Shown: positions 1 to 11,247, numbered from the stretch's first letter. The stretch is 64,000 nt of DNA from Pirellulales bacterium (GCA_036490175.1 DASXEJ010000088.1:1-64000); one strand, 5' to 3'. Notes: a model not told the origin generated them from the letters alone. Numbers and translations are program-made.

Positions 1-1449
1 AAAGGCGCACGGTACGAATACCGCACACAGCACCAGCGCCACGGCCACCACGGGGCTGGTGACTTCGTCCATCGCCTTGCGGGCTGCATCGCGCGGCGCC
101 AGTCCCTCTTCGAGCCAGCGTTCGACGTTTTCTACCACCACGATTGCGTCGTCGACGACGATACCGATGGCCAGTACGAGCCCGAACAATGATAGGTTGT
201 TGAGCGAGAAGCCCAGTGCCGCCATCGCGGCAAATGTCCCCACGATGGCCACCGGCACGGCGATCAGAGGAATCAGCGCGGCCCGCCAGTTCTGCAAGAA
301 GACCAGTACCACGATCGCCACCAGGATGATCGCATCGCGCAGCGTCTTGAAGACCTCGCCGATCGATTCCTTGATGAAGGGGGTGGTATCGTAAACGATG
401 TTGTATTCCAACCCGTCGGGGAACCGAGCTTTCAGTTCGTCCATCTTCTCGTAAACGCCCTTGGCGGTTTGCAGCGCGTTCGAGCCGGGCAACTGGTAAA
501 TCGACAGCGCGACCGAGGGCTTGCCATCCAGCGTGCAGGATTGATCGTACTGCTGCGACCCCAACTCGATGCGCGCCACATCGCGCATCCGCACGATGCC
601 GGCGGACTGGCTCGATTCGTTCTTGGGCGTGGTACCGCCACTTTGACCTGGGCCCCCCGTGGGTCCCGACACGGCCCCCTGCCCTACCTTGATGATGATG
701 TCGGCAAATTGCTCGGGATCGACCAACCGACCGAGCGTGTTGATCGTCAATTGAAACTGCTGCCCCTTGGGAACCGGCTGCTGCCCGATCTGCCCAGCGG
801 CGACTTGCAAGTTCTGTTCGCTGATCGCGGACACGACATCGTCGGCCGTGAGGTTGAGCGATGACATTTTTTCCGGATCGAGCCAAGCCCGCATGCTATA
901 GTCGCGCTCGCCCATATAGGCCACATTGGCTACGCCGGGCAAGCGGCCCAACTCGTCGCGGATTTGGATCGTGGCATAATTGCTAAGAAAGATATTGTCG
1001 TAACGTCCGTCGGGCGACGTGAGGTTGACGATCATCATGGTGCTGGGGGACATCTTTTTGACGTTGATCCCCTCGCGCTGCACGAGCTTGGGAATCACCG
1101 GCTCGGCCAATTGCACGCGATTGAACGTCAGCACCTGGGCCATGTCGGAATCCATTCCCAGCTTGAACGTCACTGTCAGCACGTAGGCGCCGTCGTTGGT
1201 GCATAACGACGACATGTAGAGCATGTTCTCCACGCCGCTGACCTGCTGCTCGATGGGCGCAGCCACAGTGTCGCGCACCGTTTGCGCGTTGGCGCCCGGG
1301 TACAGGGCCGTGACCAACACCGTCGGCGGCGTAACGTCTGGATATTGCGCCACTGGCAGCCCCAAAATCGCCACGGCGCCCGCCAGCGTCGCCACGATCG
1401 ATAGCACCGAGGCAAAGATCGGTCGGTCGATGAAAAAGTGCGATATCAC
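1..1449 (-). CDS. RND efflux permease (AcrB/MdtC-like), N-terminal ~483 codons; the 3' end lies beyond the window edge
   Basis: Minus-strand frame is open from a GTG at 1447-1449 to the window edge, with N-terminus (V/M)ISHFFIDRPIF typical of AcrB-family pumps. The GTG start overlaps the TGA stop of the upstream RND gene (GTGA). The antisense ORF 59..394 closely mirrors the antisense ORF 3235..3828 of the neighbouring RND gene, which shows the two genes are paralogous. Confidence 0.8.
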   Translation of the reverse strand, partial: MISHFFIDRPIFASVLSIVATLAGAVAILGLPVAQYPDVTPPTVLVTALYPGANAQTVRDTVAAPIEQQVSGVENMLYMSSLCTNDGAYVLTVTFKLGMDSDMAQVLTFNRVQLAEPVIPKLVQREGINVKKMSPSTMMIVNLTSPDGRYDNIFLSNYATIQIRDELGRLPGVANVAYMGERDYSMRAWLDPEKMSSLNLTADDVVSAISEQNLQVAAGQIGQQPVPKGQQFQLTINTLGRLVDPEQFADIIIKVGQGAVSGPTGGPGQSGGTTPKNESSQSAGIVRMRDVARIELGSQQYDQSCTLDGKPSVALSIYQLPGSNALQTAKGVYEKMDELKARFPDGLEYNIVYDTTPFIKESIGEVFKTLRDAIILVAIVVLVFLQNWRAALIPLIAVPVAIVGTFAAMAALGFSLNNLSLFGLVLAIGIVVDDAIVVVENVERWLEEGLAPRDAARKAMDEVTSPVVAVALVLCAVFVPCAF

Positions 1450-4400
1450 GTTTGTGGCTCCTCTGCAGATTCACTCGTCTTGGGCAAAGTCGTCGCAAAC
1501 TGTCGCTTAAGCCGACGCCGCCGCATGATCGCCCAGGTAATAGCCGCGACCAATGCCCCCGCGACAATCGCCCCGCCGCTGCCCAGCCGGCCCAGGGCAA
1601 AGAGTTGCCAGCCGACGATTGCGCCGCCGGCGCACGCCCACAGGGCAGAGCCAATCTGCTGCACGCGGGCATTCGCGAAGAAACGAGTCTCGCCGATACC
1701 TTGGATCACCAAGAAAAATACCGGAGTAAAGAAGATGCCAAAGATCGTCACGCCGAGCATGCCGCTGAACACGGCCGTGCCCAATGCCTGCCGCATTTCG
1801 GCCCCGGCACCCTTGGCAATGACCATCGGAAACACACCCAGGATGAACGCGAACGAGGTCATCATGATCGGCCGCAAACGCAGGCGGCAGGCCTCGCGCG
1901 TGGCATCGCGCAGTGGTTGTCCTTCGTCGCGCAACTGCTTGGCGAATTCGACGATCAGAATGGCGTTCTTGCACGCCAACCCCACCAGCACCACCAGGCC
2001 GATCTGCACAAAGATATTGATCGCCATATGCGCCAGGGCCACGCCCACGATCGAGCACAGCAAGCACATCGGCACGACTAGGATCACGGCCAGCGGCAGC
2101 GACCAGCTCTCGTATAACGCCGCCAACGCCAGAAACACAAACACCACCGCCAAGGCAAACACGTACATGGCGGTGTTGCCAGCGCGAATCTGCATGAGCG
2201 TCAGCTCGGTCCACTCGGTCTTCATCGACAGGGGCAACGTGTCGACAGCCATGCGGTCGATCATCGAAATCGCCTCGCCTGAGCTGAGCGTGGGAAAAAT
2301 CACGCCATTGACCGGCGCGGCGCTGTACAGATTGTAGCGCGTCACCATGATCGGCCCGTTGACGTCGTGCAGGTCGACCAACGTGCTCAAGGGCGCCATA
2401 TTGCCTTGCTTGTTCCGCACCTTGAGAAAGTTGATATCCTCCTCGCGATTGCGGAAATGGCCGTCGGCCATGATGTTGACCTGCCACGACCGGCCAAAGG
2501 CGTTGAAGTTGTTGACGTAGAGCGAGCCCATGTAGATTTGCAGCGTCTTGTTCAGATCATCGATGGTCACGCCCATCGAGCGGACCTTGCTGCGGTCGAT
2601 GTCCATATACAACTGCGGCGTGTTCGAGCGGAACATCGTGAAAACGCCGATCAGCCCGGGCGTCTTGCTCAACGTCTCGATCAGCTTGTCGGTGTACGTT
2701 TGCAACATCGACAGCCCCAACGACCCACGGTCTTCGACCATCAGCTTGAAACCGCTGGCGGTGCCAATGCCAGGCACGGGCGGGGCGCCAAAGACGCTGA
2801 CCGTGGCACCCTTGATCTCGCGCTCGTACAACTCGCGCAGTTTGAACATGATGGCGTCCCCCTTCAAATCGGCCGCGCGCCGTTTATCGAAGGAATCAAG
2901 CACGACGAACATCGAGCCGAAGTTCGAACTGTTGGCCGTCAACAAGATCGACTGCCCCGAGACGGCCACCGTGGCGCTCACGCCCGGCGTCGCGCGGGCC
3001 AGCTGATCCACGCGCTGCAAGATGTTCTGGGTGCTCTCGACCGAGGACGAATCCGGCAGTTGCACGTTAACCAGCAACCACCCCTGATCTTGTTGCGGAA
3101 TGAAGCCGGTCGGCATCCGCGAAAACAAGTAATACGTCGCACCCAGCAGGCCCACGTAGACCAACAGCACGATCACGGCCAGGCGCAGCAACCAGCCGAC
3201 CAGCCCCGCATAGGCGTGCGTCGCGAAATCGAAGGTGCGCTCGAACAAACGAAACAGCCAGCCCAGCGAAAAATCGAGCAGCCGGGCCAGCCAGTCTTTC
3301 GGCGCAGTGCGGGGCCGCAACAGCAATGCGGCCAGCGCCGGGCTGAGCGTCAGCGAATTGAACGCCGAGATCACGGTCGACACGGCGATCGTTACGGCAA
3401 ACTGCCGGAAGAACTGTCCGGATATGCCCGTGATGAAGGCACAAGGTACGAAGACGGCACACAGCACCACGGCCACCGCGACCACGGGGCTTGTGACTTC
3501 GTCCATCGCGCGGCGTGCCGCGTCGCGCTCCGGCAGCCCTTTTTCCAGCCAGCGTTCGACATTTTCGACGACCACGATCGCGTCGTCGACGACGATGCCG
3601 ATCGCCAACACCAATCCGAACAACGAAATATTGTTAAGGCTGAACCCGAACACCTTCATGACGGCAAACGTGCCCACGATTGCCACCGGGACGGCCACGA
3701 GCGGAATCACCGTGGCCCGCCAGTTTTGCAGAAACAAGAGCACGACGATCGCCACCAACCCGATGGCCTCGAACAGCGTGCGGACTACGTCCTCGATCGA
3801 TTCGCTGATGAATGGCGTGGTATCGTAGGCGATATCGTACGCGACCCCCTCGGGGAAGCGCGCACTCAGCTCCCGCATCTTCTGCTGCACGCCCTCGGCC
3901 ACATCCAACGCGTTGGTGCCCGGCAATTGAAAGATCGCCAGACCCACGGACGGCATCCCGTTAAGCGTGCAGCTCTGGTCGTATTGCTGCGCGCCAAGCT
4001 CGACTCGTGCCACGTCGCGCAGCCGCACAACCTGCGGCGCCACGCCGTTCGGGCCTCCGTCAACCGTCTTGATGATGATGTCGCCGAACTGCTCGGGCGT
4101 GGCCAATCGCCCCAGCGCGCTCATCGGAGGTTGAAACGCACTGCCCGAGCTGCTCGGTTCCTGGCCGAGCTGGCCCGGCGCGGCGGGTTCATTCTGGCTC
4201 TGAATAGCGTCGGCAACCTCCGCGGCAGTGATGCTACGCGAAGCCAGCAATTCGGGGTCGAGCCAGGCGCGGATGCTATAGTCGCGCTCGCCCAGATAGT
4301 TGATGTCTGCCACCCCCTCCAGACGAAACAGTTCGTCCTTCACATTGATCGTGGCAAAGTTGCTCAGGTAGATGCTGTCGTAGCGGCCATCCGGCGAATA

Positions 4401-4829
4401 AAAATTGACCGAGAGAAGTATGTTCGGCGATTTCTTCTTGATCGTCAGCCCTTGCTGCTGCACCGAGTCGGGCAGCTGTGGCATCGCCAGCGACACGCGA
4501 TTCTGCACCATCACCAGGGCCGTGTTCAGATTCGTCCCCAGGTCGAAGGTCACCGTCAAGTTGTACGAGCCGTCGTTCCCCGACTGGCTCGACATGTACA
4601 GCATCCCCTCGACGCCATTGACCTGCTGCTCGATCGGCGCGGCCACCGTGTCGGCGACCACCTGCGCACTGGCGCCCGGATAGCTGACCGACACCTGCAC
4701 CGTGGGGGGAGTGATCTCCGGATACTGCGACAGGGGCAGCGTAAAAACCGAGATGCCGCCGGCCAGCGTAATGACGATCGACAGCACGGCCGCGAAGATC
4801 GGGCGATCGATGAAAAATCGCGATATCAT
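1446..4829 (-). CDS. RND multidrug efflux permease (AcrB/MdtB family), 1127 aa
   Basis: Starts MISRFFIDRPIFAAVLSIVITLAGG, has the porter-domain motif PQLPDSVQQQG, and shows the 12-TM RND architecture. It lies 8 bp downstream of a membrane-fusion-protein gene. Confidence 0.9.
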   Translation of the reverse strand: MISRFFIDRPIFAAVLSIVITLAGGISVFTLPLSQYPEITPPTVQVSVSYPGASAQVVADTVAAPIEQQVNGVEGMLYMSSQSGNDGSYNLTVTFDLGTNLNTALVMVQNRVSLAMPQLPDSVQQQGLTIKKKSPNILLSVNFYSPDGRYDSIYLSNFATINVKDELFRLEGVADINYLGERDYSIRAWLDPELLASRSITAAEVADAIQSQNEPAAPGQLGQEPSSSGSAFQPPMSALGRLATPEQFGDIIIKTVDGGPNGVAPQVVRLRDVARVELGAQQYDQSCTLNGMPSVGLAIFQLPGTNALDVAEGVQQKMRELSARFPEGVAYDIAYDTTPFISESIEDVVRTLFEAIGLVAIVVLLFLQNWRATVIPLVAVPVAIVGTFAVMKVFGFSLNNISLFGLVLAIGIVVDDAIVVVENVERWLEKGLPERDAARRAMDEVTSPVVAVAVVLCAVFVPCAFITGISGQFFRQFAVTIAVSTVISAFNSLTLSPALAALLLRPRTAPKDWLARLLDFSLGWLFRLFERTFDFATHAYAGLVGWLLRLAVIVLLVYVGLLGATYYLFSRMPTGFIPQQDQGWLLVNVQLPDSSSVESTQNILQRVDQLARATPGVSATVAVSGQSILLTANSSNFGSMFVVLDSFDKRRAADLKGDAIMFKLRELYEREIKGATVSVFGAPPVPGIGTASGFKLMVEDRGSLGLSMLQTYTDKLIETLSKTPGLIGVFTMFRSNTPQLYMDIDRSKVRSMGVTIDDLNKTLQIYMGSLYVNNFNAFGRSWQVNIMADGHFRNREEDINFLKVRNKQGNMAPLSTLVDLHDVNGPIMVTRYNLYSAAPVNGVIFPTLSSGEAISMIDRMAVDTLPLSMKTEWTELTLMQIRAGNTAMYVFALAVVFVFLALAALYESWSLPLAVILVVPMCLLCSIVGVALAHMAINIFVQIGLVVLVGLACKNAILIVEFAKQLRDEGQPLRDATREACRLRLRPIMMTSFAFILGVFPMVIAKGAGAEMRQALGTAVFSGMLGVTIFGIFFTPVFFLVIQGIGETRFFANARVQQIGSALWACAGGAIVGWQLFALGRLGSGGAIVAGALVAAITWAIMRRRRLKRQFATTLPKTSESAEEPQT

Positions 4830-4837
4830 CGGCGGCC

Positions 4838-6217
4838 CTACCGTTTATCGGTGCCTGCCGTGCCATCGGAATTTTGCGCCGCGGGCGCAGTGTCCGCCGC
4901 TGCTGGACCCGGCTTACCATCTACCGGCTTATCCGCCGGCGGCGCTGTGGGCTTGTCGTCCTCAGTGGCAGCCGGTTTTGCCGGTGGCTGTGCCGGGGCT
5001 GGCGTTTTCGCAGCAGCACCGTGTTCCGCGGCATCAGATTCGGCCGCCGCTGCCGCTTCGGCCACGGGAATCGGCATCGGCAAGCGATCGGGCGTGACCT
5101 CGATCCTCGGGCGGATTTGTTGCAGGCCACTGATAACGACCCAATCGTCGGGCTCCAGCCCCGTGGCGATCACGCGCAACCCATCCTCTTGCAAAGCTCC
5201 CAGCGTCACGCGGCGATACTGCACCTTGTTCTGGGCGTCGACCACGTAAAGAAATTTCAAGCCCTGGTCCGTCCCCACGGCGCGGTCCGTGACCAATAGC
5301 GCCGGATGCGGTTCTCCCAACGGGATTCGCACCCGCACGAAGAATCCCGGCGACAGCAGACGAACGCCGCTGGCCGGCTTCGGATTCTTGAACATGCCGC
5401 GGAGCGTGAGCGTGCCGGTATTGGGATCGACTTTGTTATTGATGAAATTGACAACCCCTTCGTGCGGATAGCCGTCTTCCCCCTGCAATCCCATCATGAT
5501 CGCGATTTCGCCTTGCTCTTTAGGAAACAACTTACCTTCGTTGATCGCGTTGCGAATGCGCAACAACGTGCGTTCGTCGACGTCGAAGTAGGCGTACATC
5601 GGGTCAAGCGAAACCACCGTGGTCAGCAGAGTCTGATCCTGATTGACCAGGTTGCCGAGTGTGAAATAGTAACGGCTCACCATGCCGTCGATCGGCGAAG
5701 TCACTTCGCAAAACTGACGGTTCAGCCTGAACGTTTCCAAGTTCGCCGTCGCGGCATCGACCGCGGCCATGGCCTCTTCTTCAGAGGCCTCGTACTTGTT
5801 GAGGTCTTGCACGCTCACAGCGCCCGGCGTCTTCGAAGTCTCTTTCGCCAGGGCGTTGTCGGCCTGCGCCAGCTTGAGCCGGGCTTTGGCCAGCTTCAAT
5901 TGCCCCTCGGCCTGATCGAGCTGTGCCTGATATGGCCGCACGTCGACCTCGAACAGCAGTTCGCCCGCCTTGACGTCGCTTCCTTCCGTGAACGGCATCT
6001 TGGTCAGATAGCCCGTCACACGCGGACGGATGTCTACCGAATTCGGGGAATCGGTCCGCCCCGTGTAGTCGATGTAATCCACAACATCGCGGCGAATCGG
6101 CTGACTGACGCTGACCACGGGCATAGCCGGTCCCGCGGGCAGGGCCGGCGCGTGGCCGCATCCCGGCGCGAACACCAGCGCAAACGCGATAATGGTCCCT
6201 AACGGACGGAGAATCAT
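4838..6217 (-). CDS. RND efflux membrane fusion (periplasmic adaptor) lipoprotein with an Ala/Pro-rich C-terminal tail
   Basis: Translation shows the HlyD/AcrA-like coiled-coil plus beta-barrel pattern. Likely start is the ATG at 6215-6217 (MILRPLGTIIAFALVFAPGCG, lipobox Cys), with GGGAG 8 nt upstream. The longer ORF reaching 6403 is probably an upstream over-extension. Confidence 0.85.
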   Translation of the reverse strand: MILRPLGTIIAFALVFAPGCGHAPALPAGPAMPVVSVSQPIRRDVVDYIDYTGRTDSPNSVDIRPRVTGYLTKMPFTEGSDVKAGELLFEVDVRPYQAQLDQAEGQLKLAKARLKLAQADNALAKETSKTPGAVSVQDLNKYEASEEEAMAAVDAATANLETFRLNRQFCEVTSPIDGMVSRYYFTLGNLVNQDQTLLTTVVSLDPMYAYFDVDERTLLRIRNAINEGKLFPKEQGEIAIMMGLQGEDGYPHEGVVNFINNKVDPNTGTLTLRGMFKNPKPASGVRLLSPGFFVRVRIPLGEPHPALLVTDRAVGTDQGLKFLYVVDAQNKVQYRRVTLGALQEDGLRVIATGLEPDDWVVISGLQQIRPRIEVTPDRLPMPIPVAEAAAAAESDAAEHGAAAKTPAPAQPPAKPAATEDDKPTAPPADKPVDGKPGPAAADTAPAAQNSDGTAGTDKR

Positions 6218-6438
6218 GCCCAATAAACTCCCGACGGAAGGCAGGCAGAGGCGGAGCGTCTGGCAGGAAAACGAGGGCGGAGCAAGAAAAATATAGCTCC
6301 GCGATTGCGCGCAAAATCCCGGATAAGCCGCCAAAATAGGCTCAAGTAGCCGGCCGTCGTGTGCGGCCCTCATGCGCCGACGCGTACCCAGGGGGGTGGG
6401 CATAGTGCCCCTCCCCCTAGTCGCGCCGTCGCATATAG

Positions 6439-8649
6439 CTACTGCTGGTCCTTCGTGCCGGATTGCACCGATTCGATGACCTGCTTCGTCATCCGCGCGG
6501 CGAAATCTTTGAACTCCACCGTCGCCGGATCATTCGCCTCGGACTGAAAGCCCGATTTCTCAGCCACTAGCAGGCTGATCAACAGCCCCAGCAACCCCGT
6601 CGCCTGACCAGAGGGGGCTGCGCTCGCGCCATCTCCGCCGGCGACAAAAACGCGTTCCGGCACCAGCGGCTGCGTGCTCTTGGACAACTGCTCGGCCAAG
6701 AGCGACATGGCATATAGCCGTGGATCGCGATACGAGGCGATGCGCTGGAACAAAACTGCCGCCTCCGACAGACCCACGTGCGCGATCCGCTGCGCTTCGC
6801 CTCGGCCAGCCAGCTCGCGCTGACGGGCGTCGGCTTCGGCCAGCACGATGGTTTGCTCGGCCTGTCGTCGCGAGCGCGACAACTCGCCGTCCGAGACCAC
6901 GACCACCTGCTCGGCCTGCTTGCGGGCACGTGCCAGGTCGGCTTCTCCATGGCTTTCCGAAATCTGAATCTGCACTCGGGCGTTCGTCAACTCGGTTTGC
7001 ATATTGGCCTGGGCCTGCGACTCGTTAAGGATCCGCAGCTTGTCAGCCGCGGCCCGCTGGCGCTCGTAGGTCTCTAGTTGCTCGAACGATAACTGGCGTT
7101 GCCGTAGCTGTTCGAGCAGCGTCTCGATCTTCAGATCCCCCTTCTCCGAATCGGGCTTGCCGATCAAGACATCGACGCATTCGATGTCAAATTCGCGAAA
7201 CCTCTTGCGCAGCACTTCGCGGGCTTCGGCCTGGATCTCATCGCGCTCGTGCAACAGGGCAAGCATGGTCTTCTTATGCGCCACATCGCGAAAGAAAGCC
7301 GAGAGCATCGGATCGAGCGTCTGAGTGATCAGTCGCTTAACGTCGCCGAAACGCTGGATGACGCTCGGCGCCCGCTGATAGTCGATATGCACGACGACCG
7401 ACAGCGGCAACAACGGTTCGTAGGCATCCTTCGTCACCAAATCGATCGATCGCAGACTCTCGTCGTAACGATGCGATTCACTCTTGCCCGTGATCCAGTG
7501 CAATACGAAGTTCGTCGTGGGCACCAACACGATGCTGCCGGCGAAGGTATTAAATGGGTATTTTCCGGGGCCTAGAGGCCGCTCCCACACACCGCGCTCT
7601 CCTTCGGCCACCCGCTCACCGTGACGGAAGGCATCGCCCGAAACGTCCGTTCCCTGGCGACCGTAATAGCTAACCACCACGCCGACATAGCCGATCGGCA
7701 CCACGGTCTTGGGAATCAACTCGACCGCTGCAAACCAACGGTTGATAAAGTACGTGCCGTCGGTCAGTGGCAGGTACTGACGACCGCGCCGGCCGCCGGC
7801 CCGCAACATGGCCTCGGGATCCTGATAGTTGTTGTGATAATTCTCATCGGCCGGATCGGTACCGACCGCCGGTGCGATGATTTCTCCCGGCGCAAGGGAC
7901 GGTCCGTCATGCACTGTGACAATGCCGATGCTATCGACTTCTTCGACACTGTCGGGGTCGAGCGGATGAGGCGTGGGCAACGGACGCCCGACGATGACCG
8001 GCTCGAAACCGTCGATTTCGAGCAGATCTTCCCGCCACTTGGCCACGATCTGCACTTCCTGCGGGTCCATCAAATGCCGCAGCGCATGAACCCGTGCTTC
8101 GGTAATGACGATAAAGGTCGCCGCGTTGATGGCGTACACACCTTCACGCAGAATGGCGCGCTGGCGACCACGCTGACCGTGCGAATCGTTCCCTGATCCG
8201 TTGCCGGCCAGGAACCGTCGTGCGTCTTGAAAGTAATTGCAGTCCACGATTCGCCCCAACGTCTGTCCCGACGAAAGCGGGGCTCCGTCGCGGGCGTAGA
8301 CGTAGCCGATCTTGCCCTGAGCGATCGTCACCAGTCTCGATTTATGGATACGGTATTGCCACCGCCAATAACCGAAGTGGATGCCACCGCGCAGCAATTC
8401 GGCCTGATAGCCGGCCTCGCGCCCTAGCGCCACGATGCGTCCCTCGGGCACCGATCCGGCCGCCGACCATAGCTTCTCGACGATGCCTACCCGATCGTTG
8501 GGAATAAAACGCAGCGTCAGCCAAGAGAACAGCAACAGCGCCGCGAATACTGCCAGCACGATCAAACCTACCCCCGTCCACCCCTGAAGTAATGAACCCG
8601 CAGTAACAGCAAACAGAACTTCCGACCCACCAATCACCCAGGTAGTCAT
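6439..8649 (-). CDS. Flotillin-like SPFH/band-7 domain protein (YqiK/FloA-like) with a long EA-rich coiled coil
   Basis: N-terminal TM segments are followed by an SPFH-like region and a long charged coiled coil (EAREVLRKRFREFD...ELTNARVQIQISESHGEADLARARKQAEQ). Likely start is MTTWVIGG at 8647-8649, with AAGGAT 6 nt upstream. Confidence 0.8.
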   Translation of the reverse strand: MTTWVIGGSEVLFAVTAGSLLQGWTGVGLIVLAVFAALLLFSWLTLRFIPNDRVGIVEKLWSAAGSVPEGRIVALGREAGYQAELLRGGIHFGYWRWQYRIHKSRLVTIAQGKIGYVYARDGAPLSSGQTLGRIVDCNYFQDARRFLAGNGSGNDSHGQRGRQRAILREGVYAINAATFIVITEARVHALRHLMDPQEVQIVAKWREDLLEIDGFEPVIVGRPLPTPHPLDPDSVEEVDSIGIVTVHDGPSLAPGEIIAPAVGTDPADENYHNNYQDPEAMLRAGGRRGRQYLPLTDGTYFINRWFAAVELIPKTVVPIGYVGVVVSYYGRQGTDVSGDAFRHGERVAEGERGVWERPLGPGKYPFNTFAGSIVLVPTTNFVLHWITGKSESHRYDESLRSIDLVTKDAYEPLLPLSVVVHIDYQRAPSVIQRFGDVKRLITQTLDPMLSAFFRDVAHKKTMLALLHERDEIQAEAREVLRKRFREFDIECVDVLIGKPDSEKGDLKIETLLEQLRQRQLSFEQLETYERQRAAADKLRILNESQAQANMQTELTNARVQIQISESHGEADLARARKQAEQVVVVSDGELSRSRRQAEQTIVLAEADARQRELAGRGEAQRIAHVGLSEAAVLFQRIASYRDPRLYAMSLLAEQLSKSTQPLVPERVFVAGGDGASAAPSGQATGLLGLLISLLVAEKSGFQSEANDPATVEFKDFAARMTKQVIESVQSGTKDQQ

Positions 8650-9386
8650 GTGCCCGATCCTTGTTTTGTCTGTGCTGTGCGTTCGACGCCTGAGGGCTCT
8701 GCACCCTGCGTTAAGCACTACTTTTCCCAACAAGCCACGATTTGCAGGGCTGGTACTCTGCCGCGCAGACACACCCCTGCCGAGCATCACCGGCGATCAT
8801 AGATCGCGCGCGAACGCAATCCAGCCGATCAATCGTGGAGATGGGTTAAGTAGTCCCTGCACCCGTGAGAGCCTGCCGAACAAGCGCGCAGCCAGAATTG
8901 GATACACGCCAGAACACCGAGAGGATGCGCTCACCGTCTACGCAAAAGACGAGAAAGTGTCCTTTCAACGCTTGGCCGGGATCACATCTCCCGGCGGGCC
9001 TACGAGGTTAGCTGTCGGGCTAGGGCTTGAAAGTGCCCTGGTTCGCAATCAGGCGAACCTGCGCCCCGTGAAATCAGGCCAGAATCAAAACTGGCAGCCT
9101 GATTTCGTTTGGGTCCCCCGCTACCGCGTCTGGCGACGCGTTATTAGGCTACACACTGTAATTATACAATGCCGCCGAAGGTCAACAATCTTTCGCGCTC
9201 CCGATTCGATCGCAACTCGAATCAGCGCTTCGAGATTGGTTTCGTTTCCTGTTACCACCCGAGTGGTGTCGAGTGACGAACGTTCCGTAAAGGCATCGAA
9301 GTTTCAGGAACGTGTTCGCGACGTTCCTACTGTTTGTATCGCACAAAGAAGAGTTCGCGACGCATTGCACCTTTTGAGGGACCATC

Positions 9387-11168
9387 ATGCGAGCGGCGAT
9401 AAGTGTTCTGCTGACCGCGTTCGTCTTAGTCGAGACCGCGCACAGCGCCACCGCGCCAGCCAAGGCGCGGCCGAACGTGATCGTGATTCTCACCGATGAT
9501 CAGGGGTGGGGCGACCTGAGCGTGCATGGCAATACGAACCTGCATACGCCGCACATCGATTCATTGGCACGCGACGGGGCGCTGTTCGAGCGATTTTACG
9601 TCCAGCCCGTCTGTTCGCCGACGCGCGCCGAGTTTCTTACCGGGCGCTACCATCCGCGTGGCGGGGTCTTCAGCACGTCGACCGGCGGCGAACGACTCGA
9701 CCTCGACGAGCGCACGATCGGCAACGCCTTTCACGATGCCGGTTACGCCACGGGCGCATTCGGCAAGTGGCACAACGGCGCCCAATACCCATACCATCCC
9801 AACGGCCGCGGCTTCGACGAGTTCTACGGTTTCTGCTCGGGCCATTGGGGAGACTATTTTGATCCTCCGCTGGAACACAACGGTGAATCGGTGCGCGGCC
9901 GGGGCTATATCAGCGACGACCTGACCGACCACGCGATGGCATTTATCGACGAGCATCGCGCTAACCCGTTCCTGTGTTACCTGGCTTTCAATACGCCGCA
10001 CTCGCCGATGCAGGTGCCGGATCGCTTCTTCGAGCCATTCCGAGACGCCGAAATTCCGCTGCGGCACAAAGGGCCACAGCCCGAAGACCTGGGCACGACG
10101 CGCGCGGCTCTCGCCATGTGCGAGAACATCGATTGGAACGTGGGGCGCGTGCTCGAAAAACTCGCCGATCTGAAGCTCGCCGACAACACGATCGTGGTCT
10201 ATTTTTGCGATAACGGTCCCAATAGCTGGCGTTGGAACGGCGGGTTCAAAGGGCGCAAGGCATCGACCGACGAAGGGGGCGTCCGCTCCCCGCTGCTGGT
10301 GCGCTGGCCGGGACATATTCCCCCCGGCACGCGCGTAAAACCGGTCGCCGCCGCGATTGATCTGCTCCCTACCTTGGCAGGTCTGTCGGGCGTCGACAGC
10401 AAAGCCGACAAGCCGCTCGACGGAGTCGATCAAACCGAGTTGCTGCTCGGCGCGCGAGCGACCGCGCCGCCGCGACTCATCTTTTCGCATTGGAATGACA
10501 AGGTCAGCGCGCGGGACGATCGTTACATGCTGGACCACACCGGACATGTTTACGATTTGTCGGTCGACCCGGGCCAAACCACCGACAAACGACAAGTACT
10601 CGCCGCCGAGGCGACCCGACTCTCGAGCGCTCTGAACGAATGGAAAAGCACGGTACTCGCCGAGCTGACGATGGACCCACGTCCCTTTACGGTAGGCTAC
10701 CGCGAGTTTCCCAATACGGTGCTACCGGCCCGTGACGGCATGCCACACGGCATGGTGCAGCGCAGCGCCCGGGCGCCCAATTGCTCGTTCTTCACCAACT
10801 GGAAAAGTCCAGATGACTACATCACGTGGGACATCGACGTGGCGACGACCGGACGCTACGAAGCAACCCTCTATTACACCTGCCCGGCGGCCGATATTGG
10901 CTCTGCGTTTGAATTGCGTTGCGGTAGCAATCAGGTAACGGGCAAGGTGACCGAAGCCCACGATCCGCCCCTCGTGGGCGCGGAACACGATCGCGTGCCG
11001 CGCGAGGGGGAGTCGTTTGTCAAGGATTTCAAGCCTCTCTCGGTCGGCGTGATCGAACTACCGAAAGGACGAAGCGAGCTCCGGCTCGTCGCCACCAGCG
11101 TTCCAGGACAGACGGTGATGGACCTGCGCGGTATCACGCTCAAGCTCCTGGGTGAGACGGGGCGGTAA
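9387..11168 (+). CDS. Sulfatase (formylglycine-dependent aryl/choline-sulfatase family) with a C-terminal extra domain
   Basis: Signal peptide, [15 protein letters not shown], and the C-S-P-T-R formylglycine motif ([14 protein letters not shown]). Confidence 0.85.
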   Translation: MRAAISVLLTAFVLVETAHSATAPAKARPNVIVILTDDQGWGDLSVHGNTNLHTPHIDSLARDGALFERFYVQPVCSPTRAEFLTGRYHPRGGVFSTSTGGERLDLDERTIGNAFHDAGYATGAFGKWHNGAQYPYHPNGRGFDEFYGFCSGHWGDYFDPPLEHNGESVRGRGYISDDLTDHAMAFIDEHRANPFLCYLAFNTPHSPMQVPDRFFEPFRDAEIPLRHKGPQPEDLGTTRAALAMCENIDWNVGRVLEKLADLKLADNTIVVYFCDNGPNSWRWNGGFKGRKASTDEGGVRSPLLVRWPGHIPPGTRVKPVAAAIDLLPTLAGLSGVDSKADKPLDGVDQTELLLGARATAPPRLIFSHWNDKVSARDDRYMLDHTGHVYDLSVDPGQTTDKRQVLAAEATRLSSALNEWKSTVLAELTMDPRPFTVGYREFPNTVLPARDGMPHGMVQRSARAPNCSFFTNWKSPDDYITWDIDVATTGRYEATLYYTCPAADIGSAFELRCGSNQVTGKVTEAHDPPLVGAEHDRVPREGESFVKDFKPLSVGVIELPKGRSELRLVATSVPGQTVMDLRGITLKLLGETGR

Positions 11169-11203
11169 CCGACTTTTGGTGACCGGTACAAGACCTGCGG
11201 CGT

Positions 11204-11217
11204 CCGTCGATCGACGG
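11204..11217. promoter_or_regulatory. Perfect 14-bp palindrome CCGTCGATCGACGG, 36 bp after the stop of the first sulfatase
   Basis: The sequence is its own reverse complement. It could be a hairpin, a terminator stem, or a dimeric regulator site. Confidence 0.4.
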
Positions 11218-11247
11218 TAGAATACGAGTCATGTCGTGGCCCATGAC

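Noticed and set aside
2367-5249. 960-aa plus-strand ORF, with companions 59..394, 3235..3828 and 1438..2337, spanning the RND and MFP genes
   Set aside because: These are antisense shadows of the minus-strand RND and MFP genes, typical long mirror ORFs in high-GC DNA. They have R/H/D/Q/G-rich low-complexity translations and no motifs, while the opposite strand encodes clear AcrB and AcrA homologs.
8648-9499. 283-aa plus-strand ORF covering the flotillin start and the flotillin/sulfatase divergent intergenic region
   Set aside because: It overlaps the well-supported flotillin start and the sulfatase signal peptide in another frame. The composition is arbitrary and there is no RBS. This is better explained as a ~740-bp divergent promoter region.
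9506-10595. Several ORFs of 100-340 aa in other frames or on the opposite strand of the first sulfatase
   Set aside because: They overlap a sulfatase with the diagnostic CSPTR motif and a signal peptide. Frame artefacts.
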